The notes under the pieces: generated by a model
Told to the model about the DNA's origin: nothing
What the model saw: the letters and a program-made list of their open reading frames with translations, nothing else
Databases searched by the model: none
Shown: positions 11,212 through 24,745 of the stretch, in pieces
Layout of the letters: each line of letters starts with the position of its first letter
Numbering within the stretch: position 1 is the stretch's first letter
Program-made: the position numbers and the translations under genes
Assembly (NCBI RefSeq): GCF_021869535.1
Contig: NW_026262690.1
Coordinates: 76,756,001-76,820,000 of the forward strand
Direction: 5' to 3'
DNA from: Mytilus californianus
Lineage: Eukaryota
DNA length: 64,000 nt

Positions 11212-14200
11212 AGTGAAAATGACATTAATCAAAGCATTAACTACAGAATGAGTTTTTAGAAACAGTGAAAACTGAAGAAAATAAAATCGAATGTCAGTCT
11301 GATTAAAATCAGCCTAAACTATCCACTTGCTACAAACGCAAGTGGATAGTGGGGGCTGGTTTTAATCTACATGTGATAAAGTAAATAGCATACTACACTG
11401 CATATCAAATCTCAGCAAATACCTCTTTAAATGAACTGTGAAATCCTACTGATCCCTTCATAAAATGTTTTCTTCCATCCGAACTTGTCCTCTAACTTAT
11501 TGTCAGTAACAGAAACCTATATTTTATATTCTTTTTGTAGTCGATCTTGCCAGCATTGACAGGAGGAATCATGAACGTGAACTTGAAACTATGTCTAAAG
11601 TTCAGAAGCTAGTTCAAGCTTTCTCCAATTCTTCAATCAATGATGAAAATATTCACAGCATTGAAGAAGAAACCATGAGACATTCGACAAGGAGGACTAT
11701 GTTGTTTTTCTTTAAACCTCAGCCTCCGAGTTTGATGCGGGTACTTTATTGTTTGATTGGGTATGTTGAAGTTTTGCATTATTTGGTATAGATTAATAAA
11801 ATAGAACAATTCAAAGATTTAAAATTACAACCCTAACAATAATTAGAACATCATGATATCACCAAAATGAATATCTATATGTTCATTTTGTTGGGTGACG
11901 TTTCCTGACAATACTTGTGTTTTGTCTTTTAAAATCTAAATTTCATGAAGTTTGATTTTTAGTTGGGTTTATCTTGTTATGGATTGTTGGTTCACTATAC
12001 ATCGTACGTTCAGTTTTCGGGGGTTTAGAACTGATATTATTTAAAATATAAATATTGACTAAAAATATCAGCCCATTAAAATGAGACAGCAACCCCGATG
12101 ATGACACAAATAACCAGAAGACATCTTGAAGGCAACATACAGTTTTCAACAAAAGACAGGTTTCAATACAATACGGCAAGCTCTAAATGAAGCACAGAAA
12201 CAATCCAAGATATGGAATTAACACGAAATTCTCTAAATAACGAAAAAAAAAATTAAGATATTACATACGACAACCACTGACGAGGCTACTGAGATAAGAC
12301 ATTTGATTTGCTATAGTAGATACTTTGGGGAAATCACTGCTGGTTTCACCCTACCCCAGTAGTCAATGCCTCAAGCTTTTTATAGAAATTTTAAGTTTCA
12401 CATTACTCAAGGAATGTTCTGATTGATTGATTTATCGTTGACTGTTGCTTGCTTAACGTCCAGCAATATTCTGAGCTCAACTTAGCGGCCGTGGCTTCAC
12501 TTAAGCTATCTTTTTATTATATTTTGGTTTTGGCTACTCTATATATGTTCCTTTTTTATACCTCACTATGTATTTATTCATCTTTGCCTCTCCGATTTGT
12601 TTTTCTTTGAGCTTTTCTCGTTAAGGTTTTTCCATATTAGCGCTTTCTAATGCAGCTTCTATAAATTTCCTTTTGATGAAGGACGTTTGTTATTTTCTGT
12701 TTTTATATGTTAACAAGAGTTTAAATGCTTGAGGTAGTTTTGCGAAGTCAGCGTAAGATTCATGGATTTTTTTTCACTCTTAGAATGAATATGTCTTCTA
12801 TTCTGTTTGTTACAATTAAAGCTGTTCTTTTCAACTGGAATGTCTCAATATATTACTAATTGTAAATCTAGAAAATTTTGATTTATGAATGATTTACCCA
12901 ATTCATTTATTTACAGTCGAATGCTTGTGAATCTGAAAAGGGACAGAACTATATACATGTCCCGTTTGGTAATGTTATCATTGTTTGTGCCGTTTGTATG
13001 TGCTTTTCTGGGACATATTAAGACAGATCAGAAATCTATCCAGGACAGAATTGGACTTATGTACCAGTCAGTTGGTGTACCAACATATGTTGGGATTCTA
13101 ATTGCTGTCGGCGTGTGTAAGTTTATACCATAGAATGTTGTACAAACTTTGGGCGATGCTAAAAGTAGATCCAATGAATTTATGTTTATGTTATATTTTT
13201 ATACCAAGTAACGTTTTGTGACATTGTTATTGTCATTGCTGTATGTGTACTAAGGAGTCTCATAGACCTATTTGCTGGGAACAAATAGGATAAAAAGTGG
13301 GGAGCCATTCCATCAAAAATAATGTGATCTCTGAAAGAAACCAAAAAAAAAACAAACAAAAAAACAGAAAAGCAATTTAAAGAAAACGTTAAATTCTGTT
13401 GAATTCAAGTTTAGAAAGTCTATACGCGTTGCATTTACCAATAGCTGGACAAAAACTTTAAAATGCCTTTTTCTGTAAGAAAATGAGACTTGTCATATTC
13501 AATAATAGTCGTGTCGTCATCGTACAGAAACGCACGAGCCGGACAGAGTTAATATGGGAATGCTGGAGAAACCGTACCTAGTAGAATTTTAATATTTAAG
13601 AGTCCTATTAATGTACTCGGATTTTTTTTTTTAAAAAGTTAGATATTTGTTCAACAAAATGTTGAATGAGCCATATGCACATTGATGTTGCAGACAAATT
13701 GGATGAAGGCTTTCAAATTTGCAGGTTTTAGCTATATACAGTCATACCTAATTAAAATATTCATTATATTACATAATGTTGTTACAACATCAAGAAACAC
13801 ACTAAGCTGTGATACTGTTATTCTTTTTTAAAAGATAAGATAAAGGACTCTCTAAAACCTGTCAGACCAATCTGAGATGTTAATAAAAGAAGAATAAATC
13901 TCGTCTTATATAGTCCTGTAAACCCCCTGTCACTACATAACTACCGGTAATAATATACTTTTGTACAATATTTGCTTTGATTGGCAATTACATGAACCTT
14001 AGCGTAGTTTGTGTCTATTGAAATAATGTATTTATTTTTACAGTTCCACCATTAAGAGACCTGTATTTCAGAGAATGTCGGGATGGTCTGTATTCGACTA
14101 CGTCTTTCCTACTGTCATATGCTATACATATCATCCCATTCCAAGCAATATCAGCCATGATATTCAGCATTATAGTTTATTGGTAAGCATATGTGATGTT

Positions 14201-16805
14201 GTGTGCTTCATTATTGATAGGTTAGAGATGGAATCTTGTCGATCAATTGCATTGTCTTTTATAAACTGTTGTGAATAAAACAAATCATATATTCCAGGAT
14301 TAAAATTGTATCCGCCAGACGCGCGTTTGGTCTACAAAAGACTCATCAGTGACGCTCGAATAAAAAAAGGTTAAACAGGTCAAATAGTACGAAGAAAAAG
14401 AGCATTGAGGACCCAAAATTTCGAAAGGTTTTGCAAAATAAAGCTAAGTAATTTATTCCTGGGATAAAAATTCGTAAGGGTTCCACGGAAACCAGTGTCT
14501 CGCCTACTTTCGCTGTTAATCGCAGGCTCAACAAAAATGAGGAAAAAAATTAATAAAAATAGTCCTCTCTATACTATCTTTTGATTGTAAGTAGCTTCTG
14601 TCCAAGTTTGGTAAAAATCCAGGATAGTTTATGAATCTAATAAATGTTTATAAAAACTTAAACTGCAGACTGTATGTAATGTTAACTGGAAGAAAAACTT
14701 AGTCCATTTATAAGTAAAATACGGAAAAAATGGAACAAATTTTAACAAAATTTCCTTCTAGATACTAGATTTTAATCATAAACAAGCTTCTGTCCAAGTT
14801 TGGTACAAATCCAGGATAGTTTAAGAAAGTTGTTAAAATTTTAAAAACTTTAACCACAGAGTGCATGTAATGTTAACTGGCAGAAAAACTAAGTCCATTT
14901 ATAAGTAAAATACGGAAAAAATGGAATTTTTTTTTACAAAATTTACTTCTGGATACTATCTTATGATCATAAACAAGATTCTTTCCAAGTTTGGTAGAAA
15001 TCCAGGATAGTTTAAGAAAGTTATTAAAATTTCAAAAACTTTAACCACAGAGTGAATATTTGTGGACGCCGCCGCCGCCGACGACGACGACGACGACGCC
15101 GATGGAATGTAGGATCGCTATGTCTCGCTTTTTCGACAAAAGTCGAAGGCTCGACAAAAAATCCTTAGTATTTCGAAAAAAACATCAAAGTTTTGTAAAC
15201 AGTTAATTTATAATTATAACCATATCAATGATTATTCATGTCAACACTGAAGTGCTGACTACTGGGCTGGTGAGTTTTGTTGGTTTGTGCAAGTAACACG
15301 CAGGATACATCATTAAAGCACAATTAATTCAACAAAATATGTTACATCAACACCAAGTTCTAAATCAAAACATACATTTAGGTTTTTGTTATCGAGAATT
15401 TACGAATTCAAAATTTTACAATGTCGTTTTTCCGTGCAGGGTGACGGGACTACATCCTTCGTGGAGCAGATTTGCTATATACTATGCCACTATATTTGTT
15501 CTGCATTTTATTGGAGAGATTATGACAGTAGGTGTCATGGGAGTATTCTTCAATCCACAGATCGCCAACAGTACATCAGCTTTAATTCTGTCAGCTTCAG
15601 TACTCATAGCAACAGGATTTCTTAGGCATGTATAAAAACAAATCGTTATTTGAAATAAACCAAGACATAACTCCACATAACCGTTGGTTTTTGTTTTCGT
15701 TTTCGCGTACTCATTGTCTTATCCTATATTAAACGTACTTTAACTTTTTTTTCAGTCTTCGTAATTCAATGTACATTTTGAATCATAAAATAGGTGCGTG
15801 TCATCTATTACGAGATTTTGGTTCTTACCTTACGTGTAATAATGACGCCTCAATGAAAAATGCTTTCTCGTAGATAAAAAAAAACTGCTGTTTTATTTCA
15901 AACGGAGAACACGTCAACATTAGTGCGTTTTACTTCGATTCATTTCATTGTTTTCTTCAAATAGGCATGGCGTGGCCTTAAGGAAAAGTAAATCAAGAAG
16001 CAGGAAAATGTAAAATATTTATCTACTTTTACTTTCGACGAAATTTGCCGTTGACTTACGAACGAGGACACTCGCCTATTTTCCAGATTAGCACACATTT
16101 ATTTTTGTTTGGTTTCAATTGTTACATAAACAATTGTTTCTTGTTCGTAGATCGTTTCCAAGTATGCTGGACATATTTCAGTGGGGCAGTTGGCTAAGCG
16201 TTATGAAATACAGTGCCGAGATTCTCGTAGCGAATGAATTTAGTGGACTTAATTTCACTTGTCCGCCGATGCCAAGTAAGACATTTATTTTTCGTTCTAT
16301 AATATTCTGCACTTTGAAATATTTCTTTTATGATTTACAATTTTAGCTGAAAGGAGAAAAGGGACTGTTTTCGGAATATCACAAATCGCAAGTTATTATT
16401 TCCTGACAAGAGTTAACTTTTACTAAAATTTAACATTGCATAGAGAGTCCAAGAGTTTTGTGAATTTTTAAAGCAAACACACAGTCACTATAGATATTGA
16501 AACTATATATGTAGTATATATATTAGAAATGCAGGAAGATGGAAAAAAGCAAAGCGCACGAATGCACTTATTACGCCAGGATAGAGATTGGAATAGCCAA
16601 TTTAGTAAATTTTAACAAAGCTTTGTTGTATTTTGCAGATATACCATGTCAGTATCCAACCGGAGAGAAATATTTGGCCGATTATTATCCGGATGCTGTA
16701 GAGCACATGAGAAGAAACTTTTGGGCATTGGGTGGTTTCATGGTGTCGTTTCTCTTTTTCACAATAGTTGCCTTTAAAATAAGAGGCATACCTAATATGC
16801 ATTAA
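7915..16805 (+). CDS. ABCG5: ABC transporter G family half-transporter, ABCG5 (sterolin-1)-like, 642 aa, 10 coding exons
   Basis: Coding exons 7915-8170, 8850-9082, 9428-9560, 10723-10992, 11541-11760, 12917-13116, 14044-14182, 15440-15625, 16151-16275, 16639-16805. Total 1929 nt with consistent phases; all introns GT-AG except the GC-AG intron 15626-16150. Walker A GSSGSGKTS, Q-loop YVMQ, signature ISGGERRRVTIA, Walker B LLLDEPTTGLD, H-loop TIHQPRSD, then TMD and KYSAEILVANEFSGLNFTC, which match ABCG5 as recalled. An acceptor at 7892-7893 implies an upstream exon. Confidence 0.9.
14313..14357 (-). ncRNA. Type I hammerhead ribozyme, near-canonical (G12->C)
   Basis: Minus strand CGUCA-CUGAUGA-GUC(UUUUGUA)GAC-CAAA-C-GCGC-GUC/UGGCG. 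Stem I CGUCA:UGGCG, perfect CUGAUGA, GUC cleavage triplet; GAAA is mutated to CAAA at 14329. Confidence 0.8.
14466..15160 (-). mobile_element. Helentron-associated non-autonomous element (HINE/DINE-like) with about 3-4 internal ~175-bp tandem repeats
   Basis: Terminal hairpin gggttcc.cggaa.cc, subterminal repeat gcaggctc(a/g)acaaaaa at both ends, (GCC/GAC)n microsatellite at about 15067-15100, inserted in an A tract. Inverted homolog at 28390-29248. Confidence 0.75.
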
Positions 16806-17529
16806 AACTATTCTCCCAAATCGGGCAGATTCAAAATGGGCAGGGTGGGTGTGCATGAACCAATAACATCAAAAGTGACAATTTGATTAAAGTCGCACAA
16901 AGCACTACACGGAGTGGTAATTTCTGGTGACACCCCCACTACACCCATATATCTGAATCTGCTCTTGGAAGTCTTTCATGAAATCAAGGCGGATAAAGTG
17001 GTACAAAAGCGGTATGAATGAACCGAAATTGGAAAAATATTCTTATATAAAGTAAAAGTTCAATACAAAATGTATAAAGACATTAACAATGGTGCAGATT
17101 ACTTTGAACAGTTTAGGTGACTTGCCATTATTAACCACATTTGTCAGATCCGCGATTATAAGTCTTTCAAACAAACAACGATGGCTAGTTTACTAAAGAA
17201 CATTCATTTAGTTTATAGATTTTTTTTTTTAACATGCTGTAAAGCAAAAACTTTTAAAAATCTCGTAACATTGTTTATAAAATTAGGCTGCTTGCAACAG
17301 TTGATACTCTTTATCAATAAATCCTCAATGTTTACAATTCTAATATGATGAGTGTATTAAGAAATGACCCCGAGTCATCACTGTATGTGACCAGTAACTA
17401 TTTTCAGAGAAAATCCAGTACATGTGATGAAAATAATAACTTATTTTCTCTAACTCTTCGTCAATTTATCCCTTTCTGCACCCATTGTATAAAAAAAATT
17501 TAATCAACGTGTGGTTCATTTGATCTGTT

Positions 17530-17855
17530 ATTCATTGGTTAAAATCCGATTATGACGTCGAATTTTCTTGCTTTCCTCTGAATTTCCTATTGTGACGGCA
17601 TGAAAAAAGGCGACCATGCCTGATGACGTCACATAAAAAGAACACATCTTTTTGCAGATCATTCGAAAAGACGGAATAAATTTGCCTGCGTATTGTTTGA
17701 AAATCATTAGAGAAACAGATTCCACCACCAAATCTCGTGTAATACGATATTTATCCACTCTCGACAGTTAAATTTTAAATATTTAAAACGCTCGGCGAGC
17801 CTCGCGTTTTAAATTTGAAAATTTAACTGTCTCGAGTGGATAAATATGCGTATTA
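17530..17855. mobile_element. Non-autonomous Crypton-like element with long palindrome
   Basis: About 52-bp inverted arms at 17740-17791 and 17804-17855 around tcggcgagcctc; TGACGTC motifs at about 17553 and 17625. Same architecture as 3130-3600 and 56660-57030. Confidence 0.45.
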
Positions 17856-18680
17856 TGGTATACAAATGTCCGGCGTCCGTCCGTCTGTCCGTCCGTCTGT
17901 CTGTCCGTCCGTCTGTCTGTCCGGCGTAAACATGTCGCACCGTAACTTGAGAATGACTTATCCAAATTTCATGAAACTTAACATAGTTGTTTCTTATGAT
18001 GGTCAAACGATCTGTATACTTTTTGGTGAAAATAAGATTAAAACTTTTTGAGTTACGGGACTTAGTAACTAAAACAGGTGTGTGTTTTTTTTCACATGTC
18101 GCGCCGTATCTCAAAAACAATTTATGATTATTGCTTAAAACTTTACACACTTCTTAGTTATATTAATCTTAAGATCTGTATACTTTTTGGTGATGATTCA
18201 AAATTTTATTTTAGAGATATTGAGTATTTTGTTAAAAAAGGGGGAGGGGTTTTTCACATGTCGCGCCATATCTCAAAAACAGTTTATGATTATTGCTAAA
18301 AACTTTACACACTTCTTAGTTATATTAACCTTAAGATCTGTATACTTTTTGGTGATGATTCAAAATTTTATTTTTGAGTTATTAAGTATTTTGTAAAAAA
18401 AGGGGGAGGGGTTTTCACATGTCGCACCGTATCTCAAAAACGATTTATGATTATTGCTTAAAATTTTACACACTTCTTAGTTATATTCATCTAAAGATCT
18501 GTATACTTTTTGGTTTTGATTCAAAATTTTATTTTAGAGATATTGAGTTTTTTGTAAAAAAAAAGGGGGATTTTGGCATGTCACGCCGTATGTCAGAAAC
18601 TATTTATGCTTATTGCATAAAAATTCACACACAAGACGACGGGCGTTTTTCATCAAAGGACTTCTCTAACTAAAATTATT
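17856..18680 (+). mobile_element. pearl/CvA-like HINE: (GTCC/GTCT)n microsatellite plus about 4.5 tandem ~161-bp units
   Basis: Microsatellite at about 17875-17922. Units start with cacatgtcgc(a/g)ccgtatctcaaaaac at about 18093, 18254, 18416 and 18575 (last one partial). Subterminal gacgacgggcgt at about 18635. Confidence 0.7.
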
Positions 18681-19561
18681 TATTTTTTATACGAAAAACA
18701 ATTTGTAACTTTACTTCCAACAGAATGTTTTTTTGTTGGTTAAAATACCTCTTTTGCTCTTTTACAATGACCGACCACAACTGCGATTTTCAGCTTTCAT
18801 AAGCCATATAGTATTTTTCCAACCTCAACATATATACATAGAGCTTTGATAGTCATACTGCGAATCTTAGTTGATTGAAAAACTTTTTGAAAAGGGCCCT
18901 GGTGTGAAATTTATTCAGGGTATTGGCCATACATATCTAAATTCGGGCATTGGAATCTCTTAGATTTCTCCTATTATCTGGTATAAGTAAAAAAATCGAT
19001 ACTCAAATTACATCTATAACTTGAATGAATTACGAGATGATTGTTTTATTAATTGATTTATTGTTTTTTTTTTTGTTATGTTATATGAGAAACTGTATTT
19101 AATAAAATAAAAATGTTGATATCGTTAATGGATTGTTAATATGAAATTAGTGAAAACATTATGCAAATTATTGATGATTATTCTAGAAAGTTAGCATAAA
19201 GCTAGGCCAAGTCAAAGTCACAGCTTTTTCAAAGTAGTTACACAAAAGAATTATGAAACCGTACGATGGGTGATACTTAATCAATGAGCAGATATTCCTG
19301 ACGATACTTATGGTCTCCTTTTTCACGGAGTTCGGTGATGTCTTTTCATCTGTATTTTGGGATTTCTTGACAGCATATTTCGTTCGTGTTCACATCTTGT
19401 TTTATCATTCTATTTTGGTATAAATCCGTTACACAACATTCGATGTGGAATATGTAATTTTTCGCTGTTCTTTAGTAATTCCAGCTGTTTCTTACTTTGT
19501 AAAATGCAAGCATGGTACTTTCATCGTTATAATATATTATTAATCATAATATTACCATGCT

Positions 19562-20656
19562 TCAGGCTGGTAAATTCATATAGTAGTTCCCATATATACT
19601 TTGTTTTCTATCGTGTGTCATGGCTAACCACATTTTACTTATCTCTCGATCCTTTGCAGGAAAAACAAGATATTTACAGTTCTTACCATATCGTATATAG
19701 CAAGTATAAGCTTCTTTTGGCATAAATGTTAAATTAGGTCTTATACCTTCGTGAATAACACCGGGTATTCTAGATGGTAAAAGTCCAAAAAGAAAAAAAT
19801 CGTCTACCCAGAAAAATGGCGATCCAATAGCTGCACGATATAACATGGGTATGAGATCTATAGATATGAATACTGTAAAACCACTACAATATGTGTGGGG
19901 ATATAATTTCATGTCTTTAAACTCGTATTCATCAACGTACCATTTACTGGTATTTTTTCGTATGATTGCCATTGATCCTTTAGGGATTTTGTTACAATAC
20001 ATAGTCTTTTTCTTGTGTTTCAGATCTGACATATCTTCGAACAATTTAAAGAAATTAATAAAAGCATCATCGTCTATTTTAGCAACTAATTCAGCATTCA
20101 TACAATGTTCTGATATCCATTTGTATCCGGTAACTCCTTTATGTGTCAAATTTCGATAGGAATCTATAAAGTTTCCTTGTACTATATCTTTATATATTTT
20201 ACTTTCTTGTTCAAGTTTTAACTGTGTTATCAAATCAGGGACTAGACCGAGCAGAAACACAACCCTGACATTTTCGGGACTATAATATGTAGAATTAAGC
20301 CATGTATTCCTCATTCTGACTCGGCGTAGGAAATGACTCGGAGCTGTGTGGACGATAACTATCACAGACACCTTTTCTACTCCTCTGCATATGTCCTTGT
20401 TGTTTATTTTATAACCCTGTGACACAATAGGGTAAAATGTTTTTGATCTTATTGCTCGAGTATTCGGAGTACTGTGACTCTGTGGCGTTGGCTCTTCCAT
20501 CCATAGCATCAAGCGATTATTTACGTGGGCGCCATTTGAGAATATCGGGTTGCTTAATGGCGACATTAAATCGTTAATTATTGCTACACAGAAACATGAA
20601 AGTGCCACGAATACAACTAATAGCAAAAATTTTATATGTTGTGTTTCTTTCTTCAT
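19562..20656 (-). CDS. Beta-1,3-galactosyltransferase (GT31 / Galactosyl_T family), 364 aa, paralog 1
   Basis: Intact single-exon ORF. N-terminal type II signal anchor; RRxxMRxTW, VFLLG, DIVQGNFIDSYRNLT, KIDDD (DxD), YPHTYCSG and WVDD motifs. A 5'-UTR intron acceptor lies 39 nt upstream of the ATG (exon starts at 20695). Confidence 0.92.
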   Translation of the reverse strand: MKKETQHIKFLLLVVFVALSCFCVAIINDLMSPLSNPIFSNGAHVNNRLMLWMEEPTPQSHSTPNTRAIRSKTFYPIVSQGYKINNKDICRGVEKVSVIVIVHTAPSHFLRRVRMRNTWLNSTYYSPENVRVVFLLGLVPDLITQLKLEQESKIYKDIVQGNFIDSYRNLTHKGVTGYKWISEHCMNAELVAKIDDDAFINFFKLFEDMSDLKHKKKTMYCNKIPKGSMAIIRKNTSKWYVDEYEFKDMKLYPHTYCSGFTVFISIDLIPMLYRAAIGSPFFWVDDFFLFGLLPSRIPGVIHEGIRPNLTFMPKEAYTCYIRYGKNCKYLVFPAKDREISKMWLAMTHDRKQSIYGNYYMNLPA

Positions 20657-23600
20657 TCTGTTAGTGAGTATCTTGATCAGATATGATGATTTCTACTGAA
20701 AGAAAAAGAACAGTTAAAGTAGATAGACTTCTGAAATGGCAAGGGGTCAAAATAGTTTACCTCTACAAATATTGATGGAAACATTTTAGATGGAAACCCA
20801 CTTTGATTTGAAAAATAGATAACAATATAAAATGAGAGAAAAATCAAGATTATTTAAAGAAGCTGAGGAATTGTAAAATTAGGTAAAACGGACTCCCAAA
20901 TGTCGACAACATTCTCAAAAAAAGTATAACAAACTGAAATACTGAACTCCAATTAAAGGCAAATCCATAAAAAAATGACAAAATCAAAAGCCATCAATTA
21001 ACGGAACCAGTGAAAAACAACTGCCATAATCCTGACTTGGTACAGGAATTTTTCAAAGAAAATGGTGAGTTAAACCTGGTTTTATTTTATAGCTCGACAG
21101 TTTCTTGTAAGGCACTTCCTAAACGTAAATATCATCTGGCAAACGGGAGGTAATACAATTGGAATTGTTTGCATGATGCGAATATGTCAACCGGTGCGAA
21201 ACGAGATTTTTAAAATGTATATTGTGGTGTTTGAATGTATACATATATTTTTGTTTAAATCTCGTCTAGGGCTTACAAAATAGAGAAAAATGTATGAAAA
21301 ACAAGTTGCTTTCTTTAAAAAAAGAAATGCAATCGTAAACCCAAATGCTTGTTTGGCATTAAATATTAGATAATTCTTTAATAAAGATGTATTGTTATAT
21401 ATTATTTTTGTTCTTACAGTATAAGAATTAGAAACTGACATTGATCGTTTACTTAAAGTAACTACTGTTCAATGTGGGGTGAAATATTCTTTTTAAAGGA
21501 ATATTTTTTTCTCTCTCCTCTCTCCCGAAAGACAACATGTTAAGTCACCCACTGGATGTTCCATTCTAAGTTGCTGGTTTTTTTTTTTTTGATAAGAGTT
21601 AGTTTTTTGGCTGAAGTTCAAATGCAAATGTGAAGAAATTTAATCAATTAATGATTATTTGTGTTTAAGAAATGCAGTACGTGAACCTGTAAAATAGCTG
21701 TTTTTATTGGAATTTGAGATATGTTCATGGTTATTTGAACAATGGCTTGATATTGATCATTATTAAGATCCTAACACTTGCTCTGCAAGGTTTTTGTGAT
21801 GCTTAGGGTAGTAAGCATTAGCAGTTTTAAGTTGTGCGCTTAAAATTTGTGCTCTTAAAAGTTTTAGATGACAAACCTCTTTTGTTAAAAACAAACACTT
21901 TTTAAAACCTTTAACTCGCTTTGAAGGTATTTTCCGAATGTCCCTTTTTATTTTGATGTTTTCTTATATTTTAAATTGTGGTTCACGAAAAAAGGCATGC
22001 AAGTTTAATTGTAAAATTATACAATTTGAATTGCACTGTATCCTCTGCACCTTGATGAGTGAAACCAATTCATTAAGAAAGCTATTTATAGCCTAGACAA
22101 AACAGCTTACACCTTGTACTTATAAATAAACAAACAAAATTGAAAACAACAAAAAAACTAACATGGTCAAACCTGAAATTACCACTGAATACCCATCACC
22201 TAAATATTAGTTTGTTTAAAGGCCACATTTATGAACTGTTGTAAGGTGTTCCTTTTTTTTTTTATCTGAACACGATTTTTTCATTAACTTTTAAAGTGTG
22301 TTTTTTACATGGTAAAGTTACACTTCCGTCTTATGGTATGTATGTAAATTCTTTTAAACCAGGTGTATTCATAAGCACACGCCCCAAGTCAGAATCATGT
22401 TGTTTAGTGGTTGTGTTTTTTTTGTTTTTTGGTGCAGTTCATATTTGCTTTTTGTTTCTGGTTTGAAGTTAAATTAGATTTGTTTTTTCCTGTCTAAATT
22501 GTTTTATAACAGTGTTTTGGGGCCCTTAGTAGGATGCTGTCCAAATTGAGCCAAGTCTTTGTGTTGAAGGCTGTATTATAACCTATAATTGCTAACTTTG
22601 ACTACACTGTGTCTTGATGGAGAGTTGTCTCATTGGTATTCCTATCACATTTAAAAAGATATTCCCTCTGACATTTGACAAATCCATTAGAACAATCTAA
22701 ATATTGAAATTGAACTGGTTGCCTTCCATGTTTCTTATATTGACCTATCCTTTTTCTCTCTTGCTGGATAGTTTTATACTGGTCATTTGGAGGCACTGTG
22801 TAGCCTACTGATCAGTGAGATGGCTCAAAATCTCCTTACACTATTTTATATTTTCGTACTTAATATATAAAAACCGAAAATTCATCATCTGATCGTCTTC
22901 AAGAAATAATAATTATTTATTTTTATTTTGATGAACATTTTGAAGAGCCTTAATTAATTACTATAGGAACATAAATTATAAATAGAAATTATTTTTTCTT
23001 ATCTCTGCCTGCATCTGTCATCACTCGGTGTCTATTAATAGACATTTGATATCTTTTCGCTGACCCTGTTAAGTCTGCTAAAATTACATGCATGATTAAT
23101 TTTAAGGATTAAAGCGGCACATTTAATTCGTTATTTCATTGCTTGAAGTATTATTTCTTACATCTGCATGGTCAAATGTATTTTTTTTAATATATTTTAA
23201 ATTCAAATTTCAGTTTTAGTTTTTTTTTCTTCATATTAAATATCTACTTATTCACATTTTAATAATGAAAAGGATCCAGATGTACCTATAACAATCTGAT
23301 TATTTTAATCAAGGAGGTTATATGACTTCCTTGTTTTAATAAAAAGGAAATAATGTTGCAATATTTAAACAAAGAAAATAACTGTATTTCAATTTGCAAT
23401 TTTAATGAAAATAAAACGGAAATGTACTTTCATAATTAATTTTAACGTTATTTTCAATATTAAAACGATATTTTTTTTTGTTGAAAAATCCTCGTTTTTA
23501 CATCTATTCAAGGACGTATATTAGATTATATACGTACCTGGTAGATATCCTAGACGTAAAATTTTAATAAAGTGCAAGATAGACTTCCTTTTAATTTCAG

Positions 23601-24745
23601 TATGAAAAAAAATGAAATAGCCTGCTTTGTACATCATGTACATCTTCCCTAGACTCAGAATCTTAAATGAAATGCTAGTAATACTTCTTTTATAGATTTT
23701 AGTTTTAACATATCTCGTTTCGAATATAAATTGCATTGTTTACATGAAATTTTATCTCATATCTAAACACAGCTGGTTTCAACGTTTGACTCTAATTAAA
23801 ATAACTACGCATATATATGTAAGGTAAATATTAGCGGCAGCTTGTAAATGCGTGCAAGGAAATATTCAAATGCTTATTAAAGTAGCTTGCGTCATAATAA
23901 ATTTCGCATCATATGTAACATATCTCTATAGCAACTTTAAGATGCTAATGCTTATTCAACAGGTCAAATAATAAGCTATTGCGCATGTATATGAAAGGTG
24001 GCCATAGAAAGAACAGATGTATTCCGAATAACATCCGGTGTTCCGAAAGACTACGGACATCGTCCAATGATATACTGCGTAAAAAGGAAAAGAGGAAAAT
24101 TAACCAAAAAATAAAGAATCGAGGAAAATGAACAAAAAAATAAAGAAAAGAGGAAAATGAACACAAAAATAAAGAATAGAGGGAAAATGGGTTAGAAAAA
24201 TGAAAAAAATAGAGAATAATAAGATTCTTAAATATAAATGAGAGAATAATGGGCAAAATCAATAAATAAAACAAACAGTGACCTCAAAATTAAAGATTAC
24301 AGAAATGAAGACCCCTCCTCTCCCCTTACAACATCTCCACCCAGACGTCTGATACTTACGTTACAGGTAAGGATAATTATTAATAAGTCGCTTCTTCGGA
24401 CGTATGGTTTGTGTTCCTTTAACATGGAGATACCCAGGAAACAGGAAGAAAGAACACTTAAGACATTCATACAAACATTCTATTGTTCCTTGTGTTATTT
24501 TTGTTTTGACATTTAATTGTTACCAAGGTACAGTAATATGTTGCACATATTATTAAAGATTCATAACTTTATAAATCATTTTAGATAATAAAAACATTTC
24601 CTGACGGCTATTTGGTTAGAAAACTATCAATTTCCTTATTGACTTCTATTTTCTGGGAATCGAGATACTAGTAAGTAGCAAGTCATAAATACAGATAAAG
24701 AAAATTCATTCAATTCACTTTTCTTATTTTCATAGATGCATGTAT

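Larger units (their letters stand above)
14293..15275 (-). mobile_element. Retrozyme-like repeat, copy B (interrupted by HINE 14466-15160), in ABCG5 intron 7
   Basis: Homologous to copy A. The sequence resumes after the HINE as atccttagtatttcg...gtgctgactactgggctggtga. Confidence 0.7.

Noticed and set aside
12275-12300. CTGACGAGGC as a hammerhead core
   Set aside because: No stem II or GAAA; it is a degenerate piece of the common interspersed repeat.
17930-18620. Regular repeats as a CRISPR-like array (also 14560-15050, 28470-29150, 35420-35560)
   Set aside because: The units are contiguous tandem repeats without unique spacers, in a eukaryotic context.
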